Assembly: GCA_965222605.1 (NCBI GenBank)
Contig: OZ244960.1
Span: forward strand, 480,001 to 544,000
Source of the DNA: Candidatus Latescibacterota bacterium
GTDB taxonomy: Bacteria > Latescibacterota > UBA2968
Reading direction: 5' to 3'
DNA: 64,000 bases
The notes under the pieces were generated by a model. It searched no databases and was not told where the DNA came from. It saw nothing but the letters and a program-made list of their open reading frames with translations. Positions within the stretch are counted from its first letter, which is position 1. Every line of letters starts with the position of its first letter. A program made the position numbers and the translations under genes. Positions 1 through 9,145 of this stretch are shown one piece after another.

Positions 1-5
1 GAGCT

Positions 6-1139
6 ATGGCACGGGATACACTCATGTGGCACGCGCACTTTTACGATGGGCAAACAGCACAGCCCCATACCGTCCAGTTAGAAGTTTTGGCGAATGGCCT
101 CGAGGTGATATTTTCAGATCGCCCATCTGAAATTTGGGCTTACGGAAATTTTCGTCAGACCGAGGGATTTCACAGCGGAGAATTGGTCCGGTTTGAAAAG
201 AGCGATACCTTTGGGCAAGCACTGGTAATAGACGATGTGCAAATTCTGGAGGTCATTCGAGAACGCGATCCCGCTTCGGGCTTTCACAATCCCAGGCTTC
301 GTCGGTATCGAGTTCCTCTTGTTGGTTTTTCTCTCGTTTCTATTGTGTTTATCGTGTGGCTGCTCTACGGCTATATTTTGCCCGTGTTCATCGATGGCAT
401 CGCACACATTGCGCCCGTTGCATGGGAAGAATCACTTGGCCGATCCGTTGTCGCATATATCGCACCCAATGAAGACCGCTGCCAGGATGCAATTTATACT
501 GAGGTTTTTGATGAAATCGTCGGCCGTTTGACCGCGCCGGCAAACCTGCCCTATACATTTCGCATTTACGTCGTCAATGACGCCCACGTAAATGCCTACG
601 CGCTTCCCGGCGGCTATATGGCCATTACAACCGGCTTTCTAAAGCGCGTAAAATCCGCCGAGCAAATCGCCGGTGTAATCGCACACGAGATGCAACATGT
701 CGTGCAAAGACACGGCACCCGGGCTGTCTTGCAAGAAATGTCCACGCGCACGCTTATTGCAGCCATCTCCGGCGGTGGTGAAGGTTTGGACTACGTGCTT
801 GACGGGGCGGCCCTGGTGGGTGCCCTGCGTTTTTCGAGAACCCACGAGTCTTCTGCTGATATCGAGGGCATGAAAATGATTCTGGATGCAAAGATCGATC
901 CAAAAGGAATGGTCGAAGCATTTGAAATCCTTCTCAAAATAACAGGAGATATGCCAGATGGTCTGATCTATGCCTCCACCCACCCCTTGACAAAAAATCG
1001 CATTCGTTCACTATCGCCCTATTTAGATTCCCTGAAAGTCGATCCCATTCCAATCGTCTCCGATTCAACCTGGGTGCGTTTCGCGCAAGCAATTCGCGCA
1101 GGCCAGTGTCTGCGAGTGGGTGGACAGGAGGGCGAGTGA
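6..1139 (+). CDS. M48 family zinc metallopeptidase, membrane anchored
   Basis: VNAYALPGG motif, HEMQH zincin motif, FSRTHESSAD, STHP; one TM segment after an N-terminal soluble domain. Confidence 0.85.
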   Translation: MARDTLMWHAHFYDGQTAQPHTVQLEVLANGLEVIFSDRPSEIWAYGNFRQTEGFHSGELVRFEKSDTFGQALVIDDVQILEVIRERDPASGFHNPRLRRYRVPLVGFSLVSIVFIVWLLYGYILPVFIDGIAHIAPVAWEESLGRSVVAYIAPNEDRCQDAIYTEVFDEIVGRLTAPANLPYTFRIYVVNDAHVNAYALPGGYMAITTGFLKRVKSAEQIAGVIAHEMQHVVQRHGTRAVLQEMSTRTLIAAISGGGEGLDYVLDGAALVGALRFSRTHESSADIEGMKMILDAKIDPKGMVEAFEILLKITGDMPDGLIYASTHPLTKNRIRSLSPYLDSLKVDPIPIVSDSTWVRFAQAIRAGQCLRVGGQEGE

Positions 1140-1174
1140 TCGGCGCAGCATAACATAGCGAAAAGGAGTAAAAA

Positions 1175-2539
1175 ATGTCGACCCCCCGTCCGAATATCCT
1201 CTGGCTTTTTCTCGAAGATATGAACCCGTGGATGAGTTGTTACGGCGACCATACCATACAAACACCCAATATAGACGCGCTCGCCGCTTCGGGCGTAAAA
1301 TTTGATCGAGCATATCAAACCTCGGGCGTATGCTCGCCTTCTCGCTCAGCGACCATTACGGGAATGTATCAAACGACTATTGGCGCGCACAACCACAACA
1401 GTTCATACCCCCTTTTACCCGAAGGGATAAAGACAATACCCGAGTATTTTCGAGACGCCGGATATTACACATTTAACGAGGGCAAAACGCATTACAATTT
1501 TGTCTTTGAGTTAGATGTTTTATTTAATCACCATGGGAGCATGGATTTCAAAGGGGCAAAAAATGGCAGCGACTGGTCCGGCTGTCCACAGGGCCAACCG
1601 TTCTTTGGACAAATTCAGCTTCGGGGGGGGAAAAGCATTGGATTGCTCAAAGGATCGGGCATCGATCCCGCCTCGGTACCCGTGCCATCGTTCTATCCCG
1701 ATCACGAAATCATTCGCAGAGAAATTGCCCTGCACTACGATTGTATCTCGCACACAGACCGACAGGTGGGATGGATTTTGGAGCGATTAGAAGAAGATGG
1801 ATTGCGCGAAAATACGATCATTTTTTTATTCAGCGATCACGGGATGCGATTGCCGCGGCACAAGCAATTTATTTACGAAGGTGGCCACAAAGTCCCATTG
1901 ATCATTTCATGGCAGGGCAATACAAATGTCGTAAACCCCGGAAGCGTGCGCTCCGATCTCGTCAGTGGCATTGACATCGGCCCGACCTCCCTCGCGCTCG
2001 CCGGCCTCGATGTACCCGATTACATGGAAGGCCAAAATGTATTTGGCGAGCATACTGACTTACCCCATGTCAGCACAGGCTTCGTCGAACGCGACTACGT
2101 GATTGCCGCAAAAGACCGCTGTGATTTCACAATAGATCGCATGCGCACGGTGCGTACCCAGCGGTATCGCTATGTGCGGAACTTTATGGCAGATCGCCCT
2201 TTTATGCAGGCGCAGTACCGCGATGGATCGGATTATATGGAACTGATGCGAACCATGCACGCCAGGGGCGAACTGACGCCAGAGCAGGCATTTTTCTGGG
2301 CAGAGGAACGCATCGCAGAAGAATTTTACGATTGTGACGCCGACCCCGATGAAGTGAACAACCTCGTAGATGACCCAGACCATGCAGAAGCTTTGCAACA
2401 CCACCGCGATATTCTGACACAATGGATTGCACAGACCGGTGACAAAGGTCAATACCCCGAACCCGAAATCGGCTTGCGATGGGTGCTAAAGAAGTGGGGA
2501 GATAAATGTGTAAATCCGGAATACGATGCGATAAGATAG
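1175..2539 (+). CDS. Sulfatase (formylglycine-dependent, Cys type)
   Basis: RPNILW N-terminus, CSPSR (CxPxR) motif, GKTH, FSDHG; RBS aaggag upstream. Confidence 0.92.
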   Translation: MSTPRPNILWLFLEDMNPWMSCYGDHTIQTPNIDALAASGVKFDRAYQTSGVCSPSRSATITGMYQTTIGAHNHNSSYPLLPEGIKTIPEYFRDAGYYTFNEGKTHYNFVFELDVLFNHHGSMDFKGAKNGSDWSGCPQGQPFFGQIQLRGGKSIGLLKGSGIDPASVPVPSFYPDHEIIRREIALHYDCISHTDRQVGWILERLEEDGLRENTIIFLFSDHGMRLPRHKQFIYEGGHKVPLIISWQGNTNVVNPGSVRSDLVSGIDIGPTSLALAGLDVPDYMEGQNVFGEHTDLPHVSTGFVERDYVIAAKDRCDFTIDRMRTVRTQRYRYVRNFMADRPFMQAQYRDGSDYMELMRTMHARGELTPEQAFFWAEERIAEEFYDCDADPDEVNNLVDDPDHAEALQHHRDILTQWIAQTGDKGQYPEPEIGLRWVLKKWGDKCVNPEYDAIR

Positions 2540-2547
2540 GAGATAAA

Positions 2548-4248
2548 ATGACCAGACCAAATATTCTCGTGATCTTGACCGACGATCAGGGTTGGGGCGA
2601 TTTGAGTGTACACGGCAACACAAATCTCAACACGCCAAATGTGGATTCCCTCGCACGGGACGGCGCACTATTCGACCGATTTTACGTCTGCCCGGTATGC
2701 GCGCCCACGCGGGCAGAGTTTTTGACGGGACGCTATCATCTGCGCGGCGGTGTCCACGGCGTGAGCACCGGTGCCGAGCGATTAAACCTCGATGAGACCA
2801 CCATTGCCGATGTGTTCAAAGCCGCCGGATACGCCACGGGGGCTTATGGCAAGTGGCACAATGGTACGCAACATCCCTATCATCCGAATGCACGAGGATT
2901 TGACGAATTTTTTGGGTTCTGTTCCGGACACTGGGGACAATATTTCGATGCCGAACTCGAGCACAATGGCGAACTCACGCGCGGAAAGGGGTATTTACCC
3001 GATGAGTGTACAGATCGCGCGATGGATTTTATGGCGGCAAATGTCGAATGCAATCAACCGTTCTTCTGTTATCTCCCCTACAATATCCCACACACCCCAT
3101 TTCAGGTGCCCGACCGATTTTACGATCCATTCCGCGATAAACCGATTGAGATGCGAGCGACCAATCCCCATCAAGAAGACATAGACCGCACGCGAGCGGC
3201 GCTGGCTCTATGTGAAAATATCGATTGGAACGTGGGGCGATTGCTGGACAAACTCGACGAATTGGGCATCGCGGAAGATACCATTGTGTTTTATTTTGGA
3301 GATAATGGACCCAATGGTGCGCGCTGGAATGGCGGGATGAAAGGCACAAAAGGATCAGCAGATGAAGGCGGCGTGCGCGTGGCGGGCTTGATGCGCTGGA
3401 AGGGGCATATTCAAGCGGGTACAGTCATTGAAGAAATCGCCGGAGCGATTGATTTATTGCCCACATTTGCCGACCTTGTAGATATCGACCTAATAGTTGA
3501 AAAACCGCTGGATGGCCGCAGTCTCAAACCCCTGCTATTGGGCGAAGATGTCGAATGGCCCGACCGCGTCATCTTATCACACCGGGGAGCGCAATTGAGC
3601 ACGCGCAATCAGCGATTCCGATTGGACATAGAGGGCAAGTTGTACGATATGGTCGCCGATGGCGGACAGACAACAGATGTGTCGCAAAAATATCCCCATG
3701 TCCACGCAAAATTGTCAGATGCAGCAGCGAAATTTCACGCCGAAGTCTTGCCCGTCAACGACGACCGTCCCTTTGCCACGGGCTACTGGAAAATGACCCG
3801 CTTGCCCGCGCGAGACGGGGTGCATCACGGCACAGTCCAACGCAGTGCCGGCGCGCCCAATTGTTCTTACTTCACGCACTGGACACAAGTGGGTGATCGG
3901 ATGACCTGGGATATCGAAGTCGGCACAACTGGCGACTATGAAGCAGCGGTATATTATACATGCCCGGAAGAAGACGTGGGATCAACCGTAGAGTTGGCAT
4001 TTCACCCCGCGCACGGTCAGACAGCCAAAGTGCAAGGACAGGTGACCGACGCACACGACCCACCACAAATCGGTGCAGCAGATGATCGCTATCCGCGCAG
4101 AGGCGAGTCCTATGTAAAGGATTTCGAGCCATTGACATTGGGAACAATCCATCTAAACGCGGGTAGGGGAACATTGACCTTGCGCGCCCTTGACATATCC
4201 CATTCACAGGTGATGGACGTGCGGCGCGTGATGCTGATCCGCAGATGA
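2548..4248 (+). CDS. Arylsulfatase family protein with C-terminal carbohydrate-binding-like domain
   Basis: RPNILVILTDDQG, CAPTR motif, GKWHNG, GDNG; ATG at 2548 after aggag. Confidence 0.92.
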   Translation: MTRPNILVILTDDQGWGDLSVHGNTNLNTPNVDSLARDGALFDRFYVCPVCAPTRAEFLTGRYHLRGGVHGVSTGAERLNLDETTIADVFKAAGYATGAYGKWHNGTQHPYHPNARGFDEFFGFCSGHWGQYFDAELEHNGELTRGKGYLPDECTDRAMDFMAANVECNQPFFCYLPYNIPHTPFQVPDRFYDPFRDKPIEMRATNPHQEDIDRTRAALALCENIDWNVGRLLDKLDELGIAEDTIVFYFGDNGPNGARWNGGMKGTKGSADEGGVRVAGLMRWKGHIQAGTVIEEIAGAIDLLPTFADLVDIDLIVEKPLDGRSLKPLLLGEDVEWPDRVILSHRGAQLSTRNQRFRLDIEGKLYDMVADGGQTTDVSQKYPHVHAKLSDAAAKFHAEVLPVNDDRPFATGYWKMTRLPARDGVHHGTVQRSAGAPNCSYFTHWTQVGDRMTWDIEVGTTGDYEAAVYYTCPEEDVGSTVELAFHPAHGQTAKVQGQVTDAHDPPQIGAADDRYPRRGESYVKDFEPLTLGTIHLNAGRGTLTLRALDISHSQVMDVRRVMLIRR

Positions 4249-4419
4249 ACGCAGATGGGCGCAGATGAAAGGCAAAACCCAAAGAATCCGCAGAATGAAG
4301 GCGAGTGAGCGGTGTACAACTGGTCGCTGTCCAGACCAGTTCATTTGAGCGTTTTTCGCAGATAGACGCAGATGAAGGCGAGTGAGCGGTTTACAACTGC
4401 GACAGCAGTTCATTTGAGC
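4240..4419. repeat. Composite intergenic repeat: CGCAGATGAA-type 10-mers plus two ~50-bp direct-repeat units each with an internal hairpin
   Basis: cgcagatgaa/cgcagatggg/cgcagatgaa at 4240-4269; atgaaggcgagtgagcggt(g/t)tacaactg...cagttcatttgagc at 4295-4350 and 4372-4419. Confidence 0.8.
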
Positions 4420-4442
4420 AAGACGCCAGGTTGTAGCTAACT

Positions 4443-4484
4443 AAAAAATTTCACTTGACAGAGTGGAATTTTTTTCTTTATGTT
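4443..4484 (+). promoter_or_regulatory. Putative sigma70 promoter of the RM operon with an inverted repeat flanking the -35 box
   Basis: TTGACA at 4455-4460, tatgtt at 4479-4484; aaaaaatttcact (4443-4455) / agtggaatttttt (4462-4474) inverted repeat with 1 mismatch. Confidence 0.5.
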
Positions 4485-4550
4485 GCAGGAAAGGCTTTTC
4501 TGTAATATAATTTCTCTCGCAAATGGCAACTCTTATATTTACCAGTAATT

Positions 4551-5132
4551 ATGAAATACAAACTCAAAGACATCGCCCTTGTTCAAATGGGCCTCTCCTT
4601 CCGTTCCCGTATTGAGCCGGACACGGATGGGAATGTGGCAGTCATTCAGATGCGTGATCTAACCGAAGATAAATTGAATTATGGCAATCTAATGACCATT
4701 AATATAAACGACATCAATGAACGTCATCTGGTTAAATACAAAGATATGATTTTTCGCTCTCGAGGCAAAACCACTACGGCGACAATCATTGATAAGGAAC
4801 CCGGACGGACGGTTGTCTCGGCCCCGCTATTCTTGATCCGAGTCACAAGCAAAAATGTACTTTCGGATTATCTTTGTTGGTGTATCAACCAATCCTCATC
4901 TCAAGCATTTTTACACAGCAGGGCGACCGGAACGATAATGACCATGATAGGCAAATCGGCTCTCGATGCTTTGGAAATCCCTCTCCCCAATCTGGAAATA
5001 CAGGAGCAAATCGTCACCCTCGCCGATTTGTTAAATAAGGAACAAAGGCTGATGAAAGATTTGGCAGAGCAAAAGGAAAAACTGGTCAAAGCAATTCAGA
5101 TGCAACTGGTAACTGAATCAGAAAAACCTTAA
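4551..5132 (+). CDS. Half-size (single TRD) type I restriction specificity-subunit-like protein
   Basis: KLKDIA start, DMIFRSRG, IPLPNLEIQEQIV followed by a coiled-coil helix; first gene of the hsd operon. Confidence 0.75.
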   Translation: MKYKLKDIALVQMGLSFRSRIEPDTDGNVAVIQMRDLTEDKLNYGNLMTININDINERHLVKYKDMIFRSRGKTTTATIIDKEPGRTVVSAPLFLIRVTSKNVLSDYLCWCINQSSSQAFLHSRATGTIMTMIGKSALDALEIPLPNLEIQEQIVTLADLLNKEQRLMKDLAEQKEKLVKAIQMQLVTESEKP

Positions 5133-5161
5133 ATCACTCCCATAGAATAGGAGTTATTGAC

Positions 5162-5467
5162 ATGACTATTGGAATAGGAGGTTACAGCTTTGAAGGTCCT
5201 CTTGATGATACATCCGATCTTAGAAGCGAATCCGGAGTGTATGCCATTTTAGGGCGGCGCACGATACATCACCTCTGGACGCCTGTTGATATAGGTGCAT
5301 CGGAGGATGTGAAAAAGCGCGTAGAAAATCATGATCGAAAAAGTTGCTGGAAATCGGTAGGTTACCCCTATCAGAGTTACGCGGCTTATTACTGTAATTC
5401 AGATGACCGTACTATTATTGAGACAGAACTGCGGAATCTATATGATCCACCCTGTGGTGATCGTTAA
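5162..5467 (+). CDS. Small GIY-YIG nuclease-like protein
   Basis: GVYAI...DIGASEDVKKRVENH...IETELRNLYDPPC pattern matches a GIY-YIG core; RBS aggag. Confidence 0.6.
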   Translation: MTIGIGGYSFEGPLDDTSDLRSESGVYAILGRRTIHHLWTPVDIGASEDVKKRVENHDRKSCWKSVGYPYQSYAAYYCNSDDRTIIETELRNLYDPPCGDR

Positions 5468-5484
5468 TAATGGAGTAACAAAAT

Positions 5485-6999
5485 ATGAATAATCAAATCC
5501 AACAAAAAGACATCAACAACGCTGCCTGGGCTGCCTGCGATACCTTTCGCGGTGTGATGGACGCAGCCGGATACAAAGATTACATCCTCGTAATGCTGTT
5601 TCTGAAATACATTTCCGATGTCTGGAAAGACCACTATGAGGAATACAAAAAAAGATACGGCGACAACGATGAACGCATCCGACGCAGGCTGGGGAATGAG
5701 CGTTTTGTATTGCCAGATGGCAGTAGCTTTTACAGCCTTTATGAGCAACGCTCGGCTGCCAATATCGGCGAACTCATCAACATCGCGCTGGAAGCGATTG
5801 AAACGGAAAACAAACAGAAACTGGAAGGTGTTTTCCGAAATATAGATTTCAACAGCGAGACAAATCTCGGCAGAACCAGAGACCGCAACCGCCGCCTGAA
5901 AACACTGCTGGAAGATTTCAACAAACCCGAATTAAATATGAGTCCCAGACGGGTTTCAGAGGATGTGATTGGCAACACCTACATCTACCTGATTGAACGT
6001 TTTGCATCTGACGCGGGGAAAAAAGCCGGTGAGTTCTACACGCCACATAAGGTATCCGAACTGGTGGCAAAACTGTGCGCTCCCAAACCCGGCGCCCGTA
6101 TCTGTGACCCCGCCTGTGGGTCTGCGGGTCTTCTTATTGAAGCCGCTCGCGTAGTGGGTGACAAAAACCACGCCCTTTACGGAATGGAAGTGAACGGTAG
6201 CACCTGGGCGTTGGCGCGTATGAATATGTTTCTGAACGGGGCCGATGCAGCCCGCATCGAATGGTGCAACACACTCACTGCCCCGGCGCTGGTGGAAGCT
6301 GACCGGCTGATGAAATTTGACAATGTGGTCGCCAATCCCCCGTTTTCGCTTAATAAGTGGGGCGCGGAAGATGCCGAGGCAGATATATACAACCGCTTCT
6401 GGCGCAGTTTGCCTCCCAAATCCAAGGGCGACTATGCGTTTATCAGCCACATGGTGGAAACGGCTTTGGAAAAACAGGGACGGGTTGCAGTTGTGGTCCC
6501 GCACGGCGTTTTGTTTCGGGGCGGCGCAGAAGGACGCATTCGCCAGCACCTCATTGAAGAAAACTTGCTCGACGCCGTCATTGGCTTGCCGGGCAATCTA
6601 TTCCCCACGACCTCAATACCAGTCGCCATTTTGGTCTTTGACCGCTCGCGTGAACAAGGGGGAGCAAATGAGAACTGCAAAGATGTTTTGTTTATCGATG
6701 CAAGCCGCGAATATCAGGCAGGCAAAAATCAAAACACATTGCTGGACGAGCACATCGAGAAAATCACCACCGCTTATAAAAAACGCCAGGATATGGACAA
6801 ATACGCCCACCTCGCCACCTTTGAAGAAATAGAGGAAAACGACTTCAACTTAAACATTCCTCGCTATGTAGATACCTTTGAAGAAGAGGAGGAGATTGAT
6901 ATTGATGCAGTACAGCTTGAGATAGAGCGATTGGAAGAGGAGTTGAGCGTGGTGCGGGGAGAGATGGGAAGATTAATGGAGGGAGTAAAACGAGCATGA
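5485..6999 (+). CDS. hsdM: Type I RM methyltransferase subunit
   Basis: GEFYTP, DPACGSAG (motif I), NPPF (motif IV, m6A), VPHGVLFRG, FNLNIPRYV. Confidence 0.96.
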   Translation: MNNQIQQKDINNAAWAACDTFRGVMDAAGYKDYILVMLFLKYISDVWKDHYEEYKKRYGDNDERIRRRLGNERFVLPDGSSFYSLYEQRSAANIGELINIALEAIETENKQKLEGVFRNIDFNSETNLGRTRDRNRRLKTLLEDFNKPELNMSPRRVSEDVIGNTYIYLIERFASDAGKKAGEFYTPHKVSELVAKLCAPKPGARICDPACGSAGLLIEAARVVGDKNHALYGMEVNGSTWALARMNMFLNGADAARIEWCNTLTAPALVEADRLMKFDNVVANPPFSLNKWGAEDAEADIYNRFWRSLPPKSKGDYAFISHMVETALEKQGRVAVVVPHGVLFRGGAEGRIRQHLIEENLLDAVIGLPGNLFPTTSIPVAILVFDRSREQGGANENCKDVLFIDASREYQAGKNQNTLLDEHIEKITTAYKKRQDMDKYAHLATFEEIEENDFNLNIPRYVDTFEEEEEIDIDAVQLEIERLEEELSVVRGEMGRLMEGVKRA

Positions 7000-8048
7000 G
7001 CAAGAAATCCTCAAAAGATCTGACGATCCGCAGCAGCACGGCGGAATTTCTGATCTTCACCCGTCAGTCTGGTGAGGGAGGAATTGAGGTTCGCTATGAG
7101 GATGAGACCATCTGGCTGACTCAGAAGTTGATGGCAGAGTTGTTTGAAGTTACCATCCCAACGATTAACGAACATCTGAAAAACATCTTTGCGTCTGGAG
7201 AACTGACTAAAAACGCAACTGTTCGGAATTTCCGAACAGTTCAAAGGGAAGGAAATCGCGACGTAGAACGAGGTCTGGATTTCTACAATCTGGACGCCAT
7301 CATCTCGGTCGGTTATCGGGTAAACTCCAGGCGCGCCACGCAATTCCGCCAATGGGCAACCCGGGTTTTGCGCGAATTTGCGATCAAAGGCTATGTGCTG
7401 GATAAGCAGCGGTTGGAGAATGGCGCATTTCTCGGCGAGGACTATTTTGAGCGGTTGCTGGAAGAAATCCGCGAAATTCGTCTGAGCGAGCGGCGGTTTT
7501 ACCAAAAGATGACCGACATTTACGCCACCAGCATGGATTATAACAGGGATGCGCCGACCACCCGCGAGTTTTTCGCCAGAGTGCAAAACAAGCTGCATTA
7601 CGCCATTCACGGCTATACCGCAGCGGAATTGATCCGACAGCGGGCCGATAGCGGTCAGCGGCACATGGGGCTTGCCACCTGGGAGAAAGCCCCAACCGGC
7701 AAAATCCTGAAGTCTGATGTGTCTGTCGCAAAGAACTACCTGTCGAAAGAAGAACTGGAATCTCTCGGGCGTATCGTCAACGCCTATATTGACCTTGCCG
7801 AAGACCGGGCACAGCGCAAGATACCCATGACAATGGAGGACTGGTCAAAACGGCTCGATATATTTTTTGAGGCTTTTGACCGGCAGATATTGAAAGACAG
7901 CGGACAAGTCAGTGCCGAGATTGCCAAAGCCCATGCCGAAAGCGAGTTTGAGAAATATCGGATTGTTCAGGATCGTTTGTTCGAATCTGATTTTGATAGA
8001 GAAACTAAAGAATTGGAACGACAACTGGGTCGGAAAGATGAGGGGTAA
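6996..8048 (+). CDS. rhuM: RhuM family (virulence RhuM) DNA-binding protein
   Basis: WLTQKLMAELF, YNLDAIISVGYRVNS, IREIRLSERRFYQK, AKNYL; ATGA overlap with hsdM. Confidence 0.9.
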   Translation: MSKKSSKDLTIRSSTAEFLIFTRQSGEGGIEVRYEDETIWLTQKLMAELFEVTIPTINEHLKNIFASGELTKNATVRNFRTVQREGNRDVERGLDFYNLDAIISVGYRVNSRRATQFRQWATRVLREFAIKGYVLDKQRLENGAFLGEDYFERLLEEIREIRLSERRFYQKMTDIYATSMDYNRDAPTTREFFARVQNKLHYAIHGYTAAELIRQRADSGQRHMGLATWEKAPTGKILKSDVSVAKNYLSKEELESLGRIVNAYIDLAEDRAQRKIPMTMEDWSKRLDIFFEAFDRQILKDSGQVSAEIAKAHAESEFEKYRIVQDRLFESDFDRETKELERQLGRKDEG

Positions 8049-8075
8049 AAACGGAGTCCTGCTGTACAACCACAC

Positions 8076-8165
8076 GGTAAATTAGAAAAGGATTCAGTTA
8101 TTTCCATTTTGGAAACAACTGCCCAAGATGGCAAAATTTACCAGACTAAGTATTACAATCTCGAT
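8076..8165 (+). pseudogene. Fragment of a second rhuM-like gene
   Basis: Reads GKLEKDSVISILETTAQDGKIYQTKYYNLD, equivalent to the GELTKNATVRNFRTVQREG...FYNLD segment of RhuM; no start, continues into unrelated sequence. Confidence 0.6.
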
Positions 8166-8171
8166 AAAGAC

Positions 8172-8393
8172 ATGAGCAAGAGACCTTCAGAAAATTCTAC
8201 TGAGATTGTTAGCGAGACCGACACTTCAGATGATCGTGCGAACGGGCTTGTGCAGTTGGTCCAGTCATGGATGGATGAGGGCGATACTGGCGAACAGCGG
8301 GAAACGCTCGAGTACCTCATTCACGCTTTGGATGAAGACCGGCTATCCAGCCGTAAGCTCTTTCCAAAGAAAATGAAAGGAAAGAGTTGGTAG
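8172..8393 (+). CDS. Small hypothetical protein, probable orphan antitoxin-like protein
   Basis: LVQSW...EQRETLEYLIHALDEDRLSSRKLFP resembles small proteins usually encoded upstream of PIN toxins (recalled, not searched). Confidence 0.45.
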   Translation: MSKRPSENSTEIVSETDTSDDRANGLVQLVQSWMDEGDTGEQRETLEYLIHALDEDRLSSRKLFPKKMKGKSW

Positions 8394-8411
8394 CGTGCCT
8401 CCTACACATCC

Positions 8412-8444
8412 GATTGGCTGGAATACAAGGAATCTCAACAATGA
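8412..8444 (+). pseudogene. 3' remnant of a deleted RelE/HigB-type toxin gene
   Basis: Reads DWLEYKESQQ* with ATGA overlap into the antitoxin, mirroring YWQNYKETQR* plus ATGA overlap in the two intact toxins. Confidence 0.55.
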
Positions 8445-8773
8445 GAAAAATGAGAAGGTACCGCGATTTCTTGATTGAAGAACTTGCTGATGCTAAAATT
8501 GAGGAGACCCTCTCCTACCTGCAAGTCTCACTGGAAGAATACCAAAAAGACGGGTATGGCGATGTCCTGTATCTTGCTTATGAGACGGCGATTAAAGCGC
8601 AAGGCGGTGCGCGAGAATTTGCCCGAAAGACGCATAGCAATCCTCAAGACGTGGCGCAGGCGATGTCAAACAAGGACGAGACGCTGATTGCGAACATCAT
8701 CGCCCAACTGCCCGCGACGCAATGCGAGACCTCTGAAATAGAGACCGAGAAATTGCAGACGGTCAAGACCTGA
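8441..8773 (+). CDS. Antitoxin A1, addiction-module antidote (HI1420/HigA-like) with divergent HTH
   Basis: YLQVSLEEYQKDG...AQGGAREFARKT pattern; paralog of 9142-9468. Confidence 0.75.
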   Translation: MRKMRRYRDFLIEELADAKIEETLSYLQVSLEEYQKDGYGDVLYLAYETAIKAQGGAREFARKTHSNPQDVAQAMSNKDETLIANIIAQLPATQCETSEIETEKLQTVKT

Positions 8774-8809
8774 AATTGCGCCATGAGCCAAGCAGAGGGC
8801 AGATAGAGG

Positions 8810-9145
8810 ATGCTTGCTACGCAACCGAGAAAACTGCAAATTTACCAGCATTCAAATGGGCGAGAGCCTTTCACCGAATGGTTTGAGTCACGCGATCAAA
8901 AGACGCGAAGTCGGATCCGAACACGCCTTGGTCGTCTTGAAAGCGGCTATTTTATCGATTGCAAATCTATCGGCGAAGGTATTTTTGAAAGCCGTTTCCA
9001 TTTCGGAGCAGGCTATCGCATATATTTTGGTATAGTCGGCAACACCATCGTCCTGTTGCTCTGCGGCGGCGATAAGTCTTCGCAAACGCGAGACATTGGA
9101 CGCGCAAAAACCTATTGGCAAAATTACAAGGAGACCCAACGATGA
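8810..9145 (+). CDS. Toxin T1, RelE/HigB-like addiction-module killer protein (HI1419 type)
   Basis: GREPFTEW, KSIGEGIFESRFHFGAGYRIYFG, LLLCGGDKSSQ, AKTYW. Confidence 0.9.
   Translation: MLATQPRKLQIYQHSNGREPFTEWFESRDQKTRSRIRTRLGRLESGYFIDCKSIGEGIFESRFHFGAGYRIYFGIVGNTIVLLLCGGDKSSQTRDIGRAKTYWQNYKETQR

Noticed and set aside
4295-4419. Possible mini CRISPR array
   Set aside because: Only two units, the variable part is a self-complementary hairpin of unequal length, and no cas genes are present
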